Assembly (NCBI GenBank): GCA_045634165.1
Contig: JAZQZU010000050.1
Span: 1 to 61,943, forward strand
Direction: 5' to 3'
Source: Acutalibacteraceae bacterium
Lineage (GTDB): Bacteria > Bacillota > Clostridia > Oscillospirales > Acutalibacteraceae
DNA length: 61,943 bases
Below are positions 18,045 to 27,800 of the stretch, piece by piece. Under the pieces are notes generated by a model. The model did not search any database. It was not told the DNA's origin and worked only from the letters and a program-made list of their open reading frames with translations. A program made the position numbers and the translations under genes. The number at the start of each line of letters is the position of its first letter. Position 1 is the stretch's first letter.

Positions 18045-19397
18045 ATGAAAAAAATCGAACAATTCCGCACAACGGTGCGTGTCAGTGCAATTACGCTATT
18101 TAGTCTTATTTCAACGGCAATTTACTATCTTGTTTGGAGTGTTGCTTATAACCCTGAGTTTGACCATCCCTACCACGGCAAAGGTCAGATTTTCATAGTT
18201 GCTCTTTATTTTGTAGTGCTTATGGTATCAAGCTTCATTCTTGGTGTTATGCGAATAGATGAGCTCAGGCGTGGAGAAATAATGTTCTATGGGCTCATAG
18301 CTTTACTGTTCACCAATGGTATTGCTTACACACAGATATGCCTTGTTACGGCGGAAATAACTAACATTATGGGTATGATTTACATATTCCTTTTTGAAGT
18401 TTTGGCGTTAATTCTCTGGACGACTATATCTTCCGTTATTGTTCATGCTCTGAACCCACCCGAAAAGCTACTTATAATTTACGGTAGCCATCTTGCGACA
18501 GAAATTGTTTATAAAATGAGTCAGCTTGAGGACCGCTATGTTATATGCGAGTCAGCAAGTGTTGACGAGGGCTTTGAAAATCTTATAAAACATATAGATA
18601 AGTTTGAGAGTGTTATTATTTGTGACGTTCCTGCAAGACTCAGAAACGACTTATTGAAATACTCATATCAGAACAATAAAAACATTTATGTAATTCCTAA
18701 AATTTCCGATATTGTTATTCGTAGTGCTTCGGAAATTACCTATTTTGATTCACCTATTGCAAAATGTACTGCAACAGGTCTTACTGTTGAAGAGCGAATT
18801 GTTAAAAGAATCTTTGACATTGTCTGTTCATCTCTTGCTCTTGTTGTTTTGTCTCCCTTGTTCCTTGCGGTGGCAATTGCCATCAAGCTTTACGATGGTG
18901 GTCCCGTGTTCTACAAGCAAAGACGTGCAACCAAGGATTTGAAAGAGTTTGATATCCTTAAATTCAGAAGTATGGTTGTGGATGCAGAGAAAAACGGACC
19001 TCAACCTGCCGTTGATAACGATAAACGTATCACACCCATCGGTAAAGTAATCAGAGCCCTCAGAATTGACGAGTTACCTCAGATTATTAATATCCTTAAG
19101 GGTGAAATGTCAATTGTAGGACCCCGACCCGAGCGTATTGAGCACGTTGAGCAATACTCCGCGGAAATTCCCGAGTTTGTGTGCAGATATAAAGTAAAAG
19201 GCGGTCTTACAGGCTATGCACAGGTTTTTGGTAAATACAATACTTCTGCATACAATAAATTAAAAATGGATCTTATTTACATTCAGAACTATTCATTGGC
19301 TCTTGATTTGAAACTGATATTAATGACTGTTAAAATCCTTTTCAAAAAAGAAAGCACCGAAGGTTTTAAGGTCACAGGAAAGAAAGATAATAAATGA
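18045..19397 (+). CDS. Polyprenyl-phosphate glycosyl-1-phosphate transferase (bacterial sugar transferase, WbaP/EpsL-like)
   Basis: Five N-terminal TM helices, then a C-terminal sugar-transferase domain (KRIFDI, KFRSM, DELPQIINILKGEMSIVGPRP). Confidence 0.85.
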   Translation: MKKIEQFRTTVRVSAITLFSLISTAIYYLVWSVAYNPEFDHPYHGKGQIFIVALYFVVLMVSSFILGVMRIDELRRGEIMFYGLIALLFTNGIAYTQICLVTAEITNIMGMIYIFLFEVLALILWTTISSVIVHALNPPEKLLIIYGSHLATEIVYKMSQLEDRYVICESASVDEGFENLIKHIDKFESVIICDVPARLRNDLLKYSYQNNKNIYVIPKISDIVIRSASEITYFDSPIAKCTATGLTVEERIVKRIFDIVCSSLALVVLSPLFLAVAIAIKLYDGGPVFYKQRRATKDLKEFDILKFRSMVVDAEKNGPQPAVDNDKRITPIGKVIRALRIDELPQIINILKGEMSIVGPRPERIEHVEQYSAEIPEFVCRYKVKGGLTGYAQVFGKYNTSAYNKLKMDLIYIQNYSLALDLKLILMTVKILFKKESTEGFKVTGKKDNK

Positions 19398-20104
19398 ATC
19401 TTTATTATATGATACTTGCAGGGGGTATAGGCTCCCGAATGAAATCACCCGAACTTCCCAAACAGTATATCAAAGTTTGTAACGAACCTATTATTGTCCG
19501 TACTGTAAGGAATTTTGAAGATTTCGGCACATTCCGTGGCGGGGTCATCTGTTGCCCCGTTGAGTGGATTGAATATACCAAGGCTTTACTTCTTGAATAT
19601 GGTATTACTTCCGACTCTGTTACAGTAATACCCGGAGGAAAAAACCGCAATAATTCCGTTAAAAACGGCTGTCGTTTCCTTAACGAAAAATTCAATGTCA
19701 GTGAAAATGATATTGTCCTTACCCACGATGCTGTAAGACCCTTTATTGATGCACGTATTATTAAGGATAACATCAACGCTGCATCCGAGTACGGTGCTGC
19801 AAACACTGTTATGCCTGTTTATGATTCAATAATCAGAAGTTCAACGGGAGATTTCTTTAACGAACATCTTAAAAGAAGTGAACTTTTCAGGGTGCAGACC
19901 CCTCAGTCATTCAGGTTATCGGAGCTCACCAATCTCATGAATTCCTTATCTGAAACCGAGCTTGAAGGTTATACCGACGTGGCCTCGATTTTTGCGGACC
20001 GGGGTTACAGAGTTAAGTTGGTTGAGGGCGATGATTCAAACATCAAAATCACTACTCCATTTGACTTGGCAGTGGCAGATACAATAGTTAAAAATAGACC
20101 TTAA
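19394..20104 (+). CDS. IspD/TarI-family cytidylyltransferase (CDP-alcohol forming, e.g. ribitol-5-P or MEP)
   Basis: N-terminal ILAGGIGSRM nucleotide-binding loop and about 236 aa in length. The ATGA overlap with the sugar transferase suggests a cell-envelope role rather than isoprenoid synthesis. Confidence 0.7.
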   Translation: MNLYYMILAGGIGSRMKSPELPKQYIKVCNEPIIVRTVRNFEDFGTFRGGVICCPVEWIEYTKALLLEYGITSDSVTVIPGGKNRNNSVKNGCRFLNEKFNVSENDIVLTHDAVRPFIDARIIKDNINAASEYGAANTVMPVYDSIIRSSTGDFFNEHLKRSELFRVQTPQSFRLSELTNLMNSLSETELEGYTDVASIFADRGYRVKLVEGDDSNIKITTPFDLAVADTIVKNRP

Positions 20105-20409
20105 CTTATATATTCTTCAAGTGTTTTGTTGACATCCTCGTAATTCATTATTAAACCTTCCTTTAAAAGCTCAATATCGCTTTCAGGGAGGCTTGCGGTG
20201 AACAGTTCAAATACTTTAATTGGTGTGGGATTGCCCTCCTGAAAAAGGGCTATTCTGCCGTGATAATCCGAAAGAATATATATTTCTTCTTGTTTTTCGG
20301 TTGTTTTCGGCTGTTGTGACGTGGCTTTCGCCCTGTTATTTAAGCTGATTCCGAACAAAGTAAATGCCATACAAATGATTAAAGTTATAATTAAAAAATC
20401 TTTTTTCAA
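20101..20409 (-). CDS. Small membrane-anchored protein, possibly BofC-C-terminal-like
   Basis: N-terminal TM/signal helix. The pattern YHGRIALFQEGNPTP...LPESDIELLKEGL...EEY resembles the BofC C-terminal region as I recall it. This is a weak call. Confidence 0.4.
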   Translation of the reverse strand: MKKDFLIITLIICMAFTLFGISLNNRAKATSQQPKTTEKQEEIYILSDYHGRIALFQEGNPTPIKVFELFTASLPESDIELLKEGLIMNYEDVNKTLEEYIS

Positions 20410-20502
20410 TTTTTCACCTTTTTATTTTTAGTTTTTTATTAATTTTAATTTTTATACATTCGGTAACTGGTTTTTAGTTACCGGGTACAGGAGGCTTACC
20501 TT

Positions 20503-22977
20503 ATGCAGAACAGACGCTCAGCCCCTCCACCCAGAGCAGGGGGCAGTGTTAAAAAAGGTGCAGTAAAACGCCGTCGTAAAGTAAGGAAAGAACGTCCCGT
20601 TCTCAGAACAGTTGGTTACGTTCTCTTTACACTTGTTGCTATATGTGTAGTTTGTGCCACTGTTGCAGGAACTTACGTATACAATTTTGCCGAAGAGTAT
20701 GTAAATGGCAGTAAAGTTATTGACCTTGAAATGTACAAGGCTAATCAGGCGCAGACAAGTATTATTTATGCCTACGATTCCAATAAGCAACAGGTTGAAT
20801 TGTTGCGTCTCCATGGTGCAGAAAACCGTGTGTGGATTGACTACGATGATATCCCGCAGGACATGATTGATGCTTTCCGCGATCTTGAGGACAAACGTTT
20901 TGAGGAACATAAGGGCGTTGACTGGACACGTACAATCTTAGGTGTTGCAAAGTCAGGTTTTGTGCAGGGCGGTTCTACCATTACCCAGCAGTTGATTAAG
21001 AATATTACGGGTGAAAATGGCAGAATGGCTTCCCGTAAATTCTACGAGATTTTAAACGCCCTCAACGTTGAAATACATTACGATAAAAGGGATATTATGG
21101 AGTTCTACCTTAATACGGTTTACCTTGGTAATGGTTGCTATGGTATCAAAACCGCCGCTGAAGTTTACTTCGGCAAGGATGTTGAGGACTTAAATGCGTC
21201 GGAGTGTGCGGTTATAGCTTCAATTACCAAATCTCCCGCCGATTATGATCCCTTGACAGAGCCTGAAGACAACCGTGACAGGCAGCTATATTGTCTTAAA
21301 TGTATGCTCGAACAGGAAAGCCTTACCCAGGAAGAATATGACGAAGCAGTTGATTTTGAATTGATTTTCACTAATAGTGAGAATTATAAGGGTAGTCAGG
21401 TTACAGAAAAAATCGAAGATATTGAAGATAAGGAATATACCGAAGACGATATTAAGTTCACCGACACGTTGGATGACGGTAAATCTTCATACTATGTTGA
21501 GTACGTTATTGACGACGTTATCGAAGATTTAATGAAAGAGTACGACCTTACCTACAACGAAGCGTGGAAAAAGGTGTTCTTCGGTGGACTTCGTATTTAT
21601 GCGGCAGTTGACCTTGACGTTCAACGTGCGGCAGAGGAAGTTTACGTTAAACGTCTTACATTCCCCGATGAGAGCAACGCAGAAGTTCAGGTTCAGTCTG
21701 CTATGACGATTATGGACTATAACGGCAGAGTTGTTGCTATGGTGGGTGGTGCAGGTGATAAAGATACTTTCCGTGGTCTTAACCGTGCAAACCATTCACC
21801 CCGTCAGCCTGGTTCTTCAATCAAACCCATTTCTGTATATGCTCCCGGTATTGAGAATGACACTATTACCTGGTCAACAATGGTTCAGAACTACGGTATC
21901 AGAATGGGCTCATCACGTTGGCCTGTAAACTATGGTGGTTCTGCAGGTTCTCCCAATTCATTTACAACTGTTCAATACGCTATTGCTCAGTCTTATAATA
22001 CCGTTCCTGCTCAGATTGTTCATGAAATGGGTATTAACCCCTGTATGGATTTCCTTGTTGATGATTTGAGATTCTCAACACTTGTTACAGACGAAGATGA
22101 CCCCAATTATGACGGTAACTATTCATCTATTTGTGTTGGTGGTATGAGCGAGGGTGTTACAACCCTTGAAATGACCGCGGCTTTTGCTATATTCGGTAAT
22201 AACGGATATTACTACGAGCCTTACGCATATTATAAGGTTACAAATAACGATGGTACCGAAGTTCTTCTTGAAGGTGGCGACGAACCCGGTGATCAGGTTC
22301 TTTCCGAAAGCTCCGCAGGCGTTATGCGTCAGCTTTTAAGAACTGTTGTAACAGGCGGTACTGCAGGTGGTTACGGAGTGAACGGCTTTGAAACATTTGC
22401 AAAGACGGGTACTACAACTGACGATAAAGACCGTTGGTTTGTAGGTGGTACACCTTATTACGTGGCTGCAGTATGGTATGGTTACGACGAGCCCAAGCCT
22501 ATCAGAAACACCTCGGGTAACCCTGCAGGTAAGATTTTCAAAAAGGTTATGGATGCAGCACACGAGGAGCTTGAAGATTTATCATTCCTCAGTGCAAGTG
22601 GTGTTGTTGCCCGTAAATACTGTAAAATTTCAGGTGATATTGCCTCGGCTGGTTGTAGTTCAACAGGTACGGGTTATTACAAATCTTCAAACGTACCAAG
22701 CAGGTGCAAGGGTTGCGCAATTGTTAACGGTATAGGTCAGGGTATTCCCGATGTAATCAAGCCCTCAACTACTGAGGACCCCTCTGCAACTACCACAAAA
22801 CCCGTTAAACCCACTAAACCTACTAAACCTGCTAAACCCACTAAGCCTGACACTACCAAGCCTACAACGGCACAAACTCAGGCACAGACTACGGCACCAA
22901 GTACAACCTTACCGACTGTTCCGCCCTCAACGGAGGTTGCGCCAGAAACACAGGTACAGGGTGTACAGCAAGATTAA
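20503..22977 (+). CDS. Class A penicillin-binding protein (PBP1A-type transglycosylase/transpeptidase) with a Pro/Thr/Lys-rich tail
   Basis: GT51 motifs EDKRFEEHKGVD and GGSTITQQL. Transpeptidase motifs SSIKP and KTGTT. The C-terminal (KPx)n repeats are encoded at 22798-22851. Confidence 0.9.
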   Translation: MQNRRSAPPPRAGGSVKKGAVKRRRKVRKERPVLRTVGYVLFTLVAICVVCATVAGTYVYNFAEEYVNGSKVIDLEMYKANQAQTSIIYAYDSNKQQVELLRLHGAENRVWIDYDDIPQDMIDAFRDLEDKRFEEHKGVDWTRTILGVAKSGFVQGGSTITQQLIKNITGENGRMASRKFYEILNALNVEIHYDKRDIMEFYLNTVYLGNGCYGIKTAAEVYFGKDVEDLNASECAVIASITKSPADYDPLTEPEDNRDRQLYCLKCMLEQESLTQEEYDEAVDFELIFTNSENYKGSQVTEKIEDIEDKEYTEDDIKFTDTLDDGKSSYYVEYVIDDVIEDLMKEYDLTYNEAWKKVFFGGLRIYAAVDLDVQRAAEEVYVKRLTFPDESNAEVQVQSAMTIMDYNGRVVAMVGGAGDKDTFRGLNRANHSPRQPGSSIKPISVYAPGIENDTITWSTMVQNYGIRMGSSRWPVNYGGSAGSPNSFTTVQYAIAQSYNTVPAQIVHEMGINPCMDFLVDDLRFSTLVTDEDDPNYDGNYSSICVGGMSEGVTTLEMTAAFAIFGNNGYYYEPYAYYKVTNNDGTEVLLEGGDEPGDQVLSESSAGVMRQLLRTVVTGGTAGGYGVNGFETFAKTGTTTDDKDRWFVGGTPYYVAAVWYGYDEPKPIRNTSGNPAGKIFKKVMDAAHEELEDLSFLSASGVVARKYCKISGDIASAGCSSTGTGYYKSSNVPSRCKGCAIVNGIGQGIPDVIKPSTTEDPSATTTKPVKPTKPTKPAKPTKPDTTKPTTAQTQAQTTAPSTTLPTVPPSTEVAPETQVQGVQQD

Positions 22978-22986
22978 TATTTATTA

Positions 22987-23016
22987 ACGGCTGATAGAAA
23001 AACTATCAGCCGTTTT
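22987..23016 (+). terminator. Terminator after the PBP gene
   Basis: Stem acggctgatag / ctatcagccgt followed by ttt. Confidence 0.6.
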
Positions 23017-23026
23017 GGAGATATTT

Positions 23027-23446
23027 ATGGTAATTTTATCAGTGGATTATGGTGACAGACGAACAGGAATCGCCATTTGCGATAAACTTGAAATGTTGGC
23101 GTCACCTGTGTGCGTTCTTAATGAGTGGAACGCTGAAACCCTTGCAGAAAAAATTGTTAATATTGCTACTGAAAAGAAGGCGGAGATTATTGTTATCGGT
23201 CTTCCGCGTAATATGGATGGTTCAAAGGGTTTCAGGGCAGAGGCTTGCGAGGAATTGGGCGAGTTGATAAAGTCGCATTGCTCAATAAAAGTCGACTTCT
23301 GGGATGAGAGACTTACAACAGTTTCAGCACACAAAATACTAAACGAAAATAACGTTCGTGGTAAGAAACGCAAGAACGTTGTTGATGCCGTTGCGGCTGA
23401 ACTTATTTTACAGGATTATATTGATTACAGAAAACGCGCACTTTGA
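23027..23446 (+). CDS. ruvX: Holliday-junction resolvase-like nuclease RuvX (YqgF)
   Basis: ILSVDYGDRRTGIAI N-terminus and about 139 aa in length. ATG at 23027 lies 6 nt after ggag. Confidence 0.85.
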   Translation: MVILSVDYGDRRTGIAICDKLEMLASPVCVLNEWNAETLAEKIVNIATEKKAEIIVIGLPRNMDGSKGFRAEACEELGELIKSHCSIKVDFWDERLTTVSAHKILNENNVRGKKRKNVVDAVAAELILQDYIDYRKRAL

Positions 23447-23461
23447 TACGGAGGTTTTATT

Positions 23462-24280
23462 TTGAAAAGAGATAAATTTGCAAATAAAATAATGCCCCTT
23501 GAAAACGTGGACGTTTCTGAATATTCCGTTGAGGAGATTTTAAGCAAAGCCCTTGATATCGGTGAGAATATACTGAAATGCGGTGGTGAACCCCACAGAA
23601 TTGAGGATACTATTGAACGTATCTGTTATTCCTATGGTGCAGTGCATACGGATGTTTTTGCGCTTCCGTCATTGATTATTGCAAGTATAAGAATGAGTGA
23701 TGGTAAAAGCAAGTCACAGATAAGGCGTGTTTATAAAACCTCTAACAATATGTACCGACTCGAGAAAATCAACAACGTTTCACGTAAGCTTTGCGAGGGT
23801 AAAATTAAACTTGAAGACGTTGATAAAGAAATCGATGAAATCATCAGTCACAAGCCCTTTTCAAGATATATTGTGCTACTTGGCGGTGTACTTGCTGCGG
23901 GTGGTTTTGCAGTGTTCTTTGGCGGTGGTATAAAAGATGCTCTTGTTGCCGCCATTGCGGGACTTGTTGTTTCAATATTCAATTTCCATAAGGTTAAATT
24001 CAGCAGTAATTTCTTTTACGTGGCTCTTGTATCATTCTTTGGTGCATTAGTTGGTATCGGATTTCATAAATTAGGTTTCGGTGAAAACCTTGATATGATT
24101 ATGATAGGTACTATAATGCTCGTAATTCCTGGTCTTGCCTTTGGCAACGCGGTACGCGATTTGCTTTTTGGTGATACCATTTCGGGTCTTATTCAGTTAG
24201 TCCAGGCAATTTTACTTGCAGTAATGGTTGCCTTCGGCTTTATCGCCGCAATTATTGTGTTTGGGGGTGTGTTAAATTGA
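23462..24280 (+). CDS. Threonine/serine exporter family protein (ThrE, large subunit)
   Basis: Soluble N-terminal region with GGEPHRIEDT, followed by five TM helices. TTG start after ggagg. Confidence 0.7.
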   Translation: MKRDKFANKIMPLENVDVSEYSVEEILSKALDIGENILKCGGEPHRIEDTIERICYSYGAVHTDVFALPSLIIASIRMSDGKSKSQIRRVYKTSNNMYRLEKINNVSRKLCEGKIKLEDVDKEIDEIISHKPFSRYIVLLGGVLAAGGFAVFFGGGIKDALVAAIAGLVVSIFNFHKVKFSSNFFYVALVSFFGALVGIGFHKLGFGENLDMIMIGTIMLVIPGLAFGNAVRDLLFGDTISGLIQLVQAILLAVMVAFGFIAAIIVFGGVLN

Positions 24281-24726
24281 TGCCCTATGTTATTAAAATA
24301 ATTGCAGGTGTAGTCAGTACGGTCGGATTTGCCATTATTTTCCGTTTAAAGCCATCACGTTTGCCTTTTGCTGCCTTGGACGGGTTGGTTGCTTGTGTGA
24401 GCTACTTCGCCTTAACTGAGCTTATAGGCGGTGATTTCTGGCCCAATGCTTTAGCGGCATTTTTAACCGCCTTTGCCGCAGAAATTTTCGCAAGAATTTG
24501 TAAAGCACCTGCAACAATATTCTTACTTCCTGGTTGTATTGCCCTGGTACCCGGTGGCACACTTTATTACACAATGAGCAATCTCTTATCACAGAATTAC
24601 GTTGAAGCGGGTAAATTCTTACTCACAACCGTTGAAGTGGGTGTCGCAATCGGCGCAGGTATTATTATCGCTTCACTTTTAAGAATTGTGGTTTTTAAAA
24701 TTCTTAAGAAAAAGAAAACCAATTAA
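24280..24726 (+). CDS. Threonine/serine exporter family protein (small subunit)
   Basis: About 148 aa with four TM helices. Translationally coupled (TGATG) to the preceding ThrE-like gene. Confidence 0.65.
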   Translation: MPYVIKIIAGVVSTVGFAIIFRLKPSRLPFAALDGLVACVSYFALTELIGGDFWPNALAAFLTAFAAEIFARICKAPATIFLLPGCIALVPGGTLYYTMSNLLSQNYVEAGKFLLTTVEVGVAIGAGIIIASLLRIVVFKILKKKKTN

Positions 24727-24734
24727 AATTAAAG

Positions 24735-24770
24735 CACACTCATTTTTTAATTAATTGGGTGTGTTTTTTT
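24735..24770 (+). terminator. Terminator after the exporter pair
   Basis: Stem cacactca / tgggtgtg followed by ttttttt. Confidence 0.55.
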
Positions 24771-24856
24771 ATTACAATAATTGTTAACAATTTATTCACA
24801 TTTTTGGCAAATGAAACACACAAGAGTATTATATTATAGTATACAGGAGTGATAGT

Positions 24857-27800
24857 ATGAAAAAATTATTATCTGTTTTACTAAGTTTCTGTATTATTTT
24901 TTCGAGTATAAGTGTTGTATATGCACTTGATGTTGAATTACCTAAAAGTCTGGACGCTTTTACAGAAGATGTTTCCGCTTTGATAAACGAATATGAGGAG
25001 CTTTCTTCTGAAAGTGCGGTATATTTTACCGTTGCAGATGATGAAAATGAAGAACAGAATACAGAGGGTACAAACCGTTTGATTGTTAAATCATCCAGAA
25101 AGATTGATACCCTTAACGCAATAAATTCAGTAAGCGGATATAACAATCTATATATTTTGCAATTCGAAAATTCAGAAGATTGCGATGCAGCCCTTGAACA
25201 TTATTCAACACTCTCTTACGTACAGTATGTTCAGGAAGATGGTATTCTTGAAGAAACTGCTATTGAGGAAACTGAGGCACCCTTTAATGAGGCGGCAATA
25301 GGCACATCTTCTCAATATCAGTCCGATATTTTCGGTTATACCAATGCAAAAGCCAATATGGGTAGTGCCGAGGTGACTATTGCGGTTGTTGACACAGGTG
25401 TTGCTAACGACCACGAGTATCTCGCAGGACGAGTTATACCCACGGGCTTTGACAGCGTTTATAATGAATCCTGTTACGACAAAAGAGGGCACGGTACCCA
25501 CGTTGCAGGTATAATTGTAGCAAACACTAAATCAAATGTAAAAATTAAACCCTATAAGGTTATTGGTGACGACGGAACAGGCACGGATACCCAGTTATAT
25601 TTAGGTATTCAGGCGGCTATTGAGGATGGGGTTGATATCATAAATCTCAGTCTTACGCGAAAAGGTGAAAGTGAAGTTGTTCACGAGGCAGTACAGAATG
25701 CCTATAACGCAGGTATTACTGTTGTTGCCGCCGCAGGTAATGATAACGCAAATCTTAACGAAACATTCTATACTCCCGCTTGCTTTGATGAAGTAATTTG
25801 TGTTGTTAACATTGATGCAAATAAAAAACGCGCTAGTACTTCAAACTGGCGATTTAACGATACCTTATCCGCACCCGGTGTAGATATATTGAGTTCCTAC
25901 GTAAATAATACATACAAAATTATGTCGGGTACGTCTATGGCGGCACCCTTTATATCATGTTGTGTTGCTTATTTGTTGGCGTCAGGGGATTACTATTCAC
26001 CCGAAGAAGCTTATAACACCTTATTCGCTAACACACAGCAAGGCGCAACAAAAAATATTCATTACGTTGTCCCGGGTGAACTTATTAACAGTAAAAATAC
26101 CTGCGCTACCCCTGTGTTTACTTATTCTTCGGGTGAGTTTGCAGGTTATCTTGATGTGGGAATTACTTGCTCAACACCAGGTGCTACCGTAATGTATAGA
26201 ACATCGGATATGAGTTCCGATACATATTATGAATATACAGGTCCCATCCGTATAGAAAAGAATGCATCTTTTAGTGCTTATGCATTTTGTCCGAATTATA
26301 AAGTAAGTAGCTCAGCAAGTGTTGACTATACAAAAGTTAATATTGATACATCGGTTTTTAATATTGATGAAAACGGCACACTTATAGGTTACACAGGGAC
26401 AGATACTGTGGTTGAAGTTCCTGATTTTGTAAATGGTAAATGTGTTTCCTCAGTTTCATCAACGGCTTTTGGCGGTAATACTGCTTTAACGAAAGTATCA
26501 TTCGGTCAATATCTTACAACAATAGGTGGGGGGGCTTTTAAAAATTGTACCGCCCTTACAACTGTTTACGCTTCAAGTTGTATAGATGTTGAGGCAGAGG
26601 CTTTTAAAGGTTGTACATCTTTAAAGACCCTTTCAATAACCTCCGTAGTTACGATTGGTAATAAAGCCTTTTCGGGTTGTTCATCATTAACTTCAGTATC
26701 TTTAAACAAATTAATTTTGATAGGAGATAATGCTTTTGAAAACACCGGGCTTACCACCTTCCGTGCTTCAAAGCTTACAAATATTGGTGATAGCGCTTTT
26801 TACGGCTCAGCCTTAAAAACAGTTTCTTTATCAAAAGTAACCGAAATTGGTGCGAATGCATTTGCTTATTGCGGTAATCTTACTTCTGTTACATTCACAA
26901 GCGCCACCTCAGTCGGTAAATACTGTTTTAGCGGTTGTGAGAATTTAACCTCTGCCACCATTTCAAAAATCTCCGTAATTTCCGAGGGAGTGTTTAAAAA
27001 TTGCAAAGGCTTGACTAACGTCGGCGCTTCGTCTGCTAGCATTGTTGAAGCGTATGCCTTTTATGGTTGCTCAGGCATTACTTCTTTTGATTTTACAAAA
27101 ATAACATCAATCGGTGATTATGCATTCGCTGAAACAGGTATAGAAAGTATTGTATTACCTAATACTGTTACCGAACTTGGTGAAAAATCTTTTTATAATT
27201 GTAGTGCAGTTAAATCAATTGAGTTAACTTCTTTTGATGTGTTCGACACTCTTGATTTTCTTGGTATGCCGAATGTTGAAACTCTTGATGTCCCGAAAGT
27301 AACTGAATTTGCCTTTAACGGGGGTTCATTTTCCGCGGTTTTTCCTAAACTGAAAACTTTTAACAATGCAAATGGTATTAAAGAGTTAACTTCCAGTTTC
27401 TTCGATGGGTGCTCGGAGCTTGAGTCCATAACATTTACAAATGTTACAAAAATTGGTGACAACGCTTTTAAAGGCACTGCTTTAAAAGAAGCAAATTTTA
27501 GTAACGTTACTGATATCGGTAAAAGTTGCTTTAGTGACATGCCAACACTTGAAACAGTTGTTTTAAGTTCATTAAATCATATTGATTTTTCAGTTTTTTC
27601 AGGTTCAGAAAATGTTAAATTTATAAACTTACACAACCTTAAGGAATTGCCAACCGATTTTAGGTGTGTCGAAATTTTCCCACATATTCAACATTTTGAT
27701 TCGGGTTGCGTTACCGATATTCCTGAATATGCTTTTAAGGATTGTTCTGAATTAACCTACTATAACTTTGTTTACGCAGTTACAATTGGTGACGAAGCGT

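Noticed and set aside
17301-18062. A skin-like intervening element splitting sigK.
   Set aside because: All sigma regions, from region 2.1 through the 4.2 motif ISRSYVSRIEKR, are present in one continuous ORF.
22798-22851. Tandem 9-nt repeats (aaacccact-like) at the 3' end of the PBP gene as a minisatellite or contingency locus.
   Set aside because: They are in frame and encode a (KPx)n Pro/Thr/Lys linker typical of cell-wall-spanning tails. The repeat units are imperfect at the DNA level, so slippage-driven phase variation is unlikely.
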